Source: Balanoglossus misakiensis
Taxonomy: Eukaryota > Animalia > Hemichordata
Assembly (NCBI GenBank): GCA_040954595.2
Contig: CM082584.2
Location: 730,281 to 794,280 of the forward strand
Direction of reading: 5' to 3'
Length of the DNA: 64,000 bases
Both the position numbers and the translations under genes were made by a program. Below, piece after piece: positions 57,860-64,000 of this stretch; within the stretch, counting starts at the first letter, position 1, and every line of letters begins with the position of its first letter. The notes beneath the pieces were generated by a model that did not search any database, had not been told where the DNA came from, and saw nothing but the letters and a program-made list of their open reading frames with translations.

Positions 57860-58471
57860 TCCATGATCGATGTTTCTAAAACAGTGAAACGTAAGCTGCG
57901 TGAGGCCAAATTTCAGTTATTGAGGACAAATATCGACCGTTCCATCAACCTACATGATTGTTTTGATGATCTCGATGCTGCTGTTGATGTAACAGTTCGC
58001 AAACGTAGTGCAACGATGGTGGAGCTTGCGAAGATGCAGCAGATTCCGGTGTATCCTGTATTCGAACGGGAGATGTGTCACTGGCGCTCAACAATTATGC
58101 AGAGAATGAAGCCATCACCCTCAGTGCGCAACCCATGGAAGTGCAGTTTTGGTAGGAATGTTCCTATGGAAGTTTTCGATGTATTTCGACAGTGCGCTAC
58201 CCGTAATTCAATGGGAATTTATGATCGGGAAACTCCATGTATTGCTACCTTTCGATTTACCTGGATCAACAAAGTGAATTACGTGCTGGGTAGAGGTGTC
58301 AACTATGAAAACCAACAACTTCTGGTGAAGACAGTAAAGGGTAAGCGGGTGGAAGTTATCTGCACCGAAGATAAACCTATGATTGTCAGATACAGGAAAT
58401 CAGCCGAGACAGTGACAATACATTTCCATTTTGGATGCTGGAACAAACATGGTGTTGCTCAGCATTTGTGA
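57851..58471 (+). CDS. 206-aa protein of unknown function; accessory gene of the transposon
   Basis: Uninterrupted, non-repetitive ORF with start context CAAAATGG 105 bp inside the left TIR; AT-rich 3' region with ATTAAA at ~58579; no domain recognised. Confidence 0.75.
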   Translation: MAASMIDVSKTVKRKLREAKFQLLRTNIDRSINLHDCFDDLDAAVDVTVRKRSATMVELAKMQQIPVYPVFEREMCHWRSTIMQRMKPSPSVRNPWKCSFGRNVPMEVFDVFRQCATRNSMGIYDRETPCIATFRFTWINKVNYVLGRGVNYENQQLLVKTVKGKRVEVICTEDKPMIVRYRKSAETVTIHFHFGCWNKHGVAQHL

Positions 58472-58891
58472 AATCATATTTAGACTGTTGTTGAAATTTT
58501 TTTTCATGTTCTTGGAACTGACTATATTACTTTTTGTCAGTCCATTTGAATTCATGCATCGTTGCATGTCCAAGCAAAATTAAAAAAGAAAAACATGTTT
58601 TATAGGAACTGAATAGCTGTGGGTGAATCATTTATCATTCAGTTTTTATTCACTTATTTTGAAACATGGTTATCTACAGAGCTGATATAAGCAGCTAGTT
58701 TCAAAGGATGATTAAAAAGCTATATACATATTTTGAACAATACAATACAAGCAGCACAAAATCTGTGACATTCATAATGAAAGATTATTTACAACAAACT
58801 CTCTTACAGTTATATACAAATCTAAAACTATCTGGTACATTTCATGTACAGTAATAATTGTTTTGAATCATGAAATTCAAACTTTCACATT

Positions 58892-59980
58892 TTATTTCAT
58901 TATTTTTTTTAGTTTTTTTGAGATCTTACCACTAATTGCAGACTGTTTTATTTCTGACATAAATTCACTGCTGCATATTTCACAGGAATTTGACAACTCT
59001 TCCTTTACATTCCCACAATAACAGTATGATGGGTCATCAAAGCATTTGTCTGGGATGTACTTTATTACTTTGGAGGCATTTGACCTCCCATCCCCCCTGT
59101 AGTTATCTGAAGCGGGGTCTCGCATGCGTAACCAGTACAACAATACATACTCATGTCTGAAAATTAGTGGCCATCTATTTTGAGGGGTGGAATTATTGCT
59201 GTATTCCAGAAGGCGCTGATGTTTTGCCTCCCTGCCCTCCATTGTATTAAGCCCAAGCCCCATTTGGAACTGCTGGTGGATTTGAGATGCATGACACGGA
59301 ACAACATATCCTATATGCCAAATAGTATTGTTTACGGTCAGAAATAACGCATGCAAATTGAAGTACCATTTGCACTTCTGCCTTAGTACTACAATATCTC
59401 TCTCATGTAGGGTAAACCTGGAACAGAGAGATGTTATATCTCTGAGTAGGACACCAATGTAACCATACAGGGACAATTTCGCTCTCACCTGTGCACTGAT
59501 ACCGGGTTCCCTAAAACACTCTATCAGTGACATAAAAGACCATGCCAACTTCCTTGATTCTTCCCCTGTAAAGCGGTGAACTCTCACTGATTGGGCATGG
59601 GTACTAACCTTATTCTCAGCAAAATATTTGACAATTTGATTGTATAGTTTCCCTGCTCTCACTGTATATTTTAGTGTATGCAGGAATTTGTACAGGCATG
59701 AATTTGGTGGTAGCTTTTCTAATTTCACACCATGGTCAATGACTTTTTGGTCAGTCTTAGCCACAGCATCAGTAAGAAGCCTTTGAAAGAAATACTGCCA
59801 GGCATTGTTTTTTAGATGTAGGGGTTCTATCTTGGCACACTGTATATACTTACCCAGGGGTGGAATATATTCCTGTCGGGATTTTCTGGAGGCAATGAAA
59901 CGTGTGACCTTAGAGCGATCTGTCGATGTTTCAGGCTTACCTGTTTTCTTTGTCAAATTTGCTTTGAATTTTGCCACTGC
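58892..59980 (-). CDS. RAG1/Transib/Chapaev-like transposase, C-terminal part (catalytic Glu), out of frame with the central part
   Basis: IEPLHLK (cf. RAG1 IDALHCD, Chapaev PLHIK), RFTGEESRKL (cf. RMNGNFARKL), LGLNTMEGREAKH (Glu at 59228-59230, cf. IGAWASEGNESGN with E962), and a C-terminal CxC-x10-CxxC. Confidence 0.87.
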   Translation of the reverse strand, partial: AVAKFKANLTKKTGKPETSTDRSKVTRFIASRKSRQEYIPPLGKYIQCAKIEPLHLKNNAWQYFFQRLLTDAVAKTDQKVIDHGVKLEKLPPNSCLYKFLHTLKYTVRAGKLYNQIVKYFAENKVSTHAQSVRVHRFTGEESRKLAWSFMSLIECFREPGISAQVRAKLSLYGYIGVLLRDITSLCSRFTLHERDIVVLRQKCKWYFNLHALFLTVNNTIWHIGYVVPCHASQIHQQFQMGLGLNTMEGREAKHQRLLEYSNNSTPQNRWPLIFRHEYVLLYWLRMRDPASDNYRGDGRSNASKVIKYIPDKCFDDPSYCYCGNVKEELSNSCEICSSEFMSEIKQSAISGKISKKLKKIMK

Positions 59981-61098
59981 TTATAGCTCCACTCTGACCA
60001 AAATTTCCCTGGCCCTATATCTGCCCCTATTTCATCTATGCTACCTTTTGTTACATTAGCAAAGGAACTGAAATACTCAGCAGCATTAGATAACTCACCA
60101 GAAACTGAGGCTAATCCCTTTTGATCAAATGGCAGCAAAGATACATTAAACTTTACACTCAGGCCATGTAAAGTGTATTGTTTGGCCTCTATGATCTCAA
60201 ACTCTTTGGCTAGGTTTTTAGCATAATCTATCAGGACTGGGTCATCTTCCTTCAGATTAGCCCCTAGCAACAAGAAATTATCATCAGGGCTTGCTAATCT
60301 GTGGCCCACATTGATGAAACTGACAAGCCAGGAAGTTGCCTGACCATATTTTCCAAAAGGAGCCCCATCAGCACCAACAGCAAGTTGGAAAGTGCCCTTC
60401 GGTTTGCCAAACCAATTTAGGATGTTAGGGTGGTGCTCACTCAAGCAAAGATACATGTCAGCAACTTTAAAGAGCATCTGCTCTGTATTTCGCTTCATAC
60501 CCACTACTTTGTTTGCATCTGTTACAATTGGTTCAAGACTTCCTATATCTAAACCACGTGTATATTCAGTGACCTTGTTGTAGGAAAGTAACCTTGGTAT
60601 GTTACACCTAAAGTGAAATTGCAACACTTTTCTAGGTTGTTTTAATTTAGACAGATTCAACTCACTATTACGTAAGGCATTGTATTTGCGTTTTGACAAA
60701 ACCCCATTCTGATACAACACTTGCACACTCCTAGTCAAATTACCTTCACTTTTCTCAAATTCAGATATTGATTTCTTTATCAAAGTTGGTATGACCAATT
60801 CATTTATTTTCATTGATGATTGAAGGTACTTTTCCATTTGACGTGGAGTGGCACTGTTGATCAAAGTATACCATAGCCCATCAAGAGCTGATTTTGGTGG
60901 ATTTGCTCTGACATGTCTCCCTGCAGATATATCTGTTCCTGATGATGACTGGTGTATGACTGTAGCTGCATGAAGAGTCTGACTTCTGCGTTCATGTTGC
61001 TGACTTCTGGACAGTGTGAGGCATTCACTGTTATTAGCACAAACCTGGCTGCTTTTATGAACCCACTTCTGTTTCTTTGGGGATGTCAAATCTGCAAT
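59953..61098 (-). CDS. RAG1/Transib/Chapaev-like transposase, central part (first two catalytic Asp)
   Basis: FQLAVGADGAPFG (Asp at 60367-60369, cf. RAG1 D600 motif SCDG) and DQKGLASVSGELSNAAEYF (Asp at 60124-60126, cf. RAG1 D708 [19 protein letters not shown]). No ATG start, so probably an internal exon; in-frame AAG acceptor at 61099. Confidence 0.85.
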   Translation of the reverse strand: MADLTSPKKQKWVHKSSQVCANNSECLTLSRSQQHERRSQTLHAATVIHQSSSGTDISAGRHVRANPPKSALDGLWYTLINSATPRQMEKYLQSSMKINELVIPTLIKKSISEFEKSEGNLTRSVQVLYQNGVLSKRKYNALRNSELNLSKLKQPRKVLQFHFRCNIPRLLSYNKVTEYTRGLDIGSLEPIVTDANKVVGMKRNTEQMLFKVADMYLCLSEHHPNILNWFGKPKGTFQLAVGADGAPFGKYGQATSWLVSFINVGHRLASPDDNFLLLGANLKEDDPVLIDYAKNLAKEFEIIEAKQYTLHGLSVKFNVSLLPFDQKGLASVSGELSNAAEYFSSFANVTKGSIDEIGADIGPGKFWSEWSYKQWQNSKQI

Positions 61099-61130
61099 CT
61101 TTAATAAATGAATACAAAACAGATTTTCAT

Positions 61131-61700
61131 TGTCATGCCAAGGTCAAACAGGTAGGCAATGTCACATGAGCAAGCAATACACATGAATGGAAACCCCAGT
61201 GTCATGCCAAGGTCAAACATGGAGGCCATGTCACATGAGCAAGCAATACACATGAATGGAAACCCCAGTGTCATGCCAAGGTCAAACAGAGAGAAAATAT
61301 CACATGATCAAGCAATACACATGAATGGAAATCCCAGTGTCATGCCAAGGTCAAACATGGAGGCCATGTCACATGAGCAAGCAATACACATAAATGGAAA
61401 CCCCAGTGTCATGCCAAGGTCAAACATGGAGGCCATGTCACATGAGCAAGCAATACACATAAATGGAAACCCACGTGTCATGCCAAGGTCAAACATGGAG
61501 GCCATGTCACATGAGCAAGCAATACACATGAATGGAAACCCCAGTGTCATGCCAAGGTCAAACAGAGAGAGAATATCACATGATCAAGCAATACACATGA
61601 ATGGAAATCCCAGTGTCATGCCAAGGTCAAACAGAGAGGCAATGTCACATGAGCAAGCAATATGCATAAATGGAAACCCCAGTGTTATGCCAAGGTCAAG
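61131..61700. repeat. 69-bp minisatellite (~8.3 copies) in the putative transposase intron
   Basis: TGTCATGCCAAGGTCAAAC at 61131, 61200, 61269, 61338, 61407, 61476, 61545, 61614 and (variant) 61683. Confidence 0.97.
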
Positions 61701-61926
61701 CAGGGAGGTGTTTCAAAGCTGTAGTTCAGAATTTAGAAAACAAACACACATAAAATCATATCATATACATTAAAGCAAGGTCAAAATGTTTTATGATTCA
61801 CTTAGTTGTAATATAATTTAAAGTATACAAACTTTAATTTGGTGGATATTTTCCTATTCTGCTTGTAATCATAAATCTTGTGAAAATCTGAAATGAAGCT
61901 AAATTCCTTCTATATAATTACCTTAC

Positions 61927-62277
61927 CTCCTGATTAAGCTTAACCCTATTTCCAGCTAATCTCCTTTGCTTCTTTGCTAGCCTGTTTAGTTGCTTACTGG
62001 CCCTGTCGACTAGTCTCCTCTTTGCATCTAATTTCTGCATTTTCTCTCTGTACTGAGCTACCTCTTCCTCACGTCTACGCTTTCTCTCTCTTGCCCATGC
62101 CCCTAGCTTGTATCTATTCTCTGACTTGCTCTTAACCTTTTCTGGCAGTGTCTTTGCAGCTAACTCAGCATCTAACAGCTGTTGAAGTTGTATGTCTCTA
62201 GCTATTTCTCTGGCTTTTTTTTGTTGGACTGCATACTGCCCGATGTCAAAATGGTTTGTCCTTTTCCTGTTAGGCAT
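61927..62277 (-). CDS. Probable N-terminal coding exon of the transposase (basic, coiled-coil-like)
   Basis: ATG-initiated K/R/E/Q-rich ORF on the same strand, ending at a good phase-0 donor GAG|GTAAGG (61927/61926) that is frame-compatible with the acceptor at 61099; splicing is inferred. Confidence 0.6.
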
Positions 62278-63275
62278 GATTTGAGTTATATCCAGAGCAC
62301 AGCTGGGATGGAGTTACACAATGGAGCATTTCCTAAATGTGAATAAATGTGAAAAGTTGTAGAAAACATAAAAGGTCATCTAGAAAGCTGTTTCAGTCAA
62401 ACAGTTCCAAACAGACAGTATTTAATGACGCTACAGAAGACCTGATGATATAAAAGACTGTGTATTTTGCGAAGTACTGGCATACTGTTGCAAGTACCGG
62501 AACATTGATTGAGTATAATCAGCTGCAATCTACGTATATTGCGCGTGGACGCAGTTCCTTCTGTGTGCGTCTGCTTTGCCTAAACGCTGTACGCGCGCGG
62601 CGTTCAAAGCGCTGTCGCAAGAACTCTCTCGTTCAAAATATTTACTCTTACATTTTAGAACGAAAATGATATATCAACATGTTATATAGATATCAAGGAA
62701 CAATCTGCTCGTTTTGGTTTTTTAGGTTCACGCTTCAAACTCGAGAAATCTGCCGATATGTTTTGCCTGACGGTCGACATTTGCGTAGCTGTGCCATTGT
62801 AATCAATGGTAGAGCGACGCGCAGGCAGAACGCGCCAAACTCGATGAATTTCTGCTTGGATCAATTTCTACATATGACCTTTTTGGGGATAGAAAATCAA
62901 AACACTGAGTTACAAACGTCTTAGGAACACTCTCATGGTTTTGAAATTTTGAATAATGCATTAAGATTTGATTTTTTCGGCCGTTTTTCTGTCTTGGTTG
63001 TGGTTGCTATGTTCTTTGTTTACATAGTTACCAATGATAGCGATTTGAAACCAGGTCAGATTTTCAGTGAAATTAAATGAATAGAAATCAGAGAATGATG
63101 ACAATACTAGCTTAAGACCTTAAAGAATATGATAACGTGATGTAAACATTATAAATGCGTTTAATGTCTTGTAATACTTACCGGCATTTTCATGTTGTTG
63201 TAACTGGCGAACGTTCCATTGCCGGTAACAAATCGCCTCATACATTATTCATGAGGCCATGAAAGTAGGGACGGA

Positions 63276-63312
63276 AATATCAGACAAAGATGGCGCACAC
63301 TGGGCTGTAGTG
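63276..63312 (-). repeat. Right terminal inverted repeat (bipartite)
   Basis: Reverse complement reads CACTACAGCCCAG-N11-TTTGTCTGATATT. Confidence 0.9.
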
Positions 63313-64000
63313 CAGAGCTAGTGGTCAGTGTCGTGCCAATCAATTTTGAGTGTTTGGTGGGGTCAACATATGCGTCAACATTGATTAGTCAGGCCATGCA
63401 GAGCTAGTGGCCAGTGTCGTGCCCATCAATTTTGAGTGTTTGGTGGGGTCAACATTTGCGTCAACATTGATTAGCCAGGCCATGCAGAGCTAGTGGCCAG
63501 TGTCGTGCCCATCAATTTTGAGTGTTTGGCGGGGTCAACCTTTGCGTCAACCTTGATTAGCCAGGCCATGCAGAGCTAGTGGCCAGTGTCGTGCCCATCA
63601 ATTTTGAGTGTTTGGTGGGGTCAACCTTTGCGTCAACATTGATTAGCCAGGCCAGGCAGAGCTAGTGGCCAGTGTCGTGCCCATTAATTTTGAGTGTTTG
63701 GTGGGGTCAACCTTTGCGTCAACATTGATTAGCCAGCCCAGAGCTAGTGGCCAGTGTCGTGCCCATTAATTTTGAGTGTTTGGTGGGGTCAACCTTTGCG
63801 TCAACATTGATTAGCCAGCCCAGAGCTAGTGGCCAGTGTCGTGCCCATTAATTTTGAGTGTTTGGTGGGGTCAACCTTTGCGTCAACATTGATTAGCCAG
63901 CCCAGAGCTAGTGGCCAGTGTCGTGCCCATCAATTTTGAGTGTTTGGTGGGGTCAACCCTTGCGTCAACATTGATTAGCCAGGCCAGAGCTAGTGGCCAG
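63313..64000. repeat. Satellite B, 86/82-bp monomer, runs off the window end
   Basis: CAGAGCTAGTGG at 63313, 63399, 63485, 63571, 63657, 63739, 63821, 63903 and 63985. Confidence 0.98.

Larger units (their letters stand above)
58892..62277 (-). pseudogene. Reconstructed transposase gene (~850 aa) carrying one frameshift near 59980
   Basis: The two large ORFs overlap by 25 bp in different frames and the DDE triad is split between them; the downstream frame has TAA directly before GCA GTG, so there is no room for an intron. Confidence 0.7.
57746..63312. mobile_element. 5567-bp cut-and-paste DNA transposon of the RAG1/Transib/Chapaev(CMC)-related group, with two convergent genes
   Basis: Left end CACTGCGGCCCAG, right end (reverse complement) CACTACAGCCCAG; both ends coincide exactly with the satellite boundaries; CAG immediately outside both ends; internal DDE transposase ORFs. 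Confidence 0.92.

Noticed and set aside
57851-58471. Calling the convergent gene RAG2 and the transposase RAG1
   Set aside because: Too short for a six-bladed kelch domain with no kelch or PHD motifs; the transposase lacks RAG1 N-terminal domains and zinc ligands, so no gene symbols were assigned.
61159-61773. 204-aa repetitive ORF and antisense 80-aa ORF
   Set aside because: Explained by a 69-bp (multiple of 3) minisatellite lacking stops in that frame; lies in the putative intron.
59805-62924. Short ORFs 59805-60059, 60392-60583, 62460-62669, 62679-62924 and 62682-62864
   Set aside because: Antisense shadows of the transposase or short featureless ORFs in the upstream region; an additional small exon cannot be excluded without RNA data.
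57741-63317. 5-bp target-site duplication as in Transib/ProtoRAG
   Set aside because: The flanks are TGCAG and CAGAG; only the 3-bp CAG is duplicated outside the CACT...AGTG termini.

Overview
Eukaryotic, probably invertebrate, repeat-rich DNA with no recognisable host gene. Bases 1-57745 are a complex macrosatellite of about 28 units of ~2.05 kb. Each unit has a GC/CpG-rich block of 81-bp monomers in 162-bp dimers, an AT-rich block of ~168-bp monomers in ~335-bp dimers, and a ~230-bp linker with a variable poly-C tract. The array flips orientation three times (~32613, ~45478, ~46473) and carries two copies of one 5'-truncated L2/CR1-type retrotransposon insertion. At 57746-63312 lies a 5567-bp DNA transposon with CACT...AGTG ends, bipartite terminal inverted repeats and CAG on both sides. 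It encodes a frameshifted, probably spliced DDE transposase whose motifs align by eye with RAG1/Transib/Chapaev but which lacks the zinc-site ligands, plus an intact, convergent 206-aa gene that is not RAG2-like. This ProtoRAG-like layout with a different partner gene is the main finding. A second 82-86-bp satellite runs from 63313 to the window end. All family assignments are by-eye motif comparisons; no database search was run.
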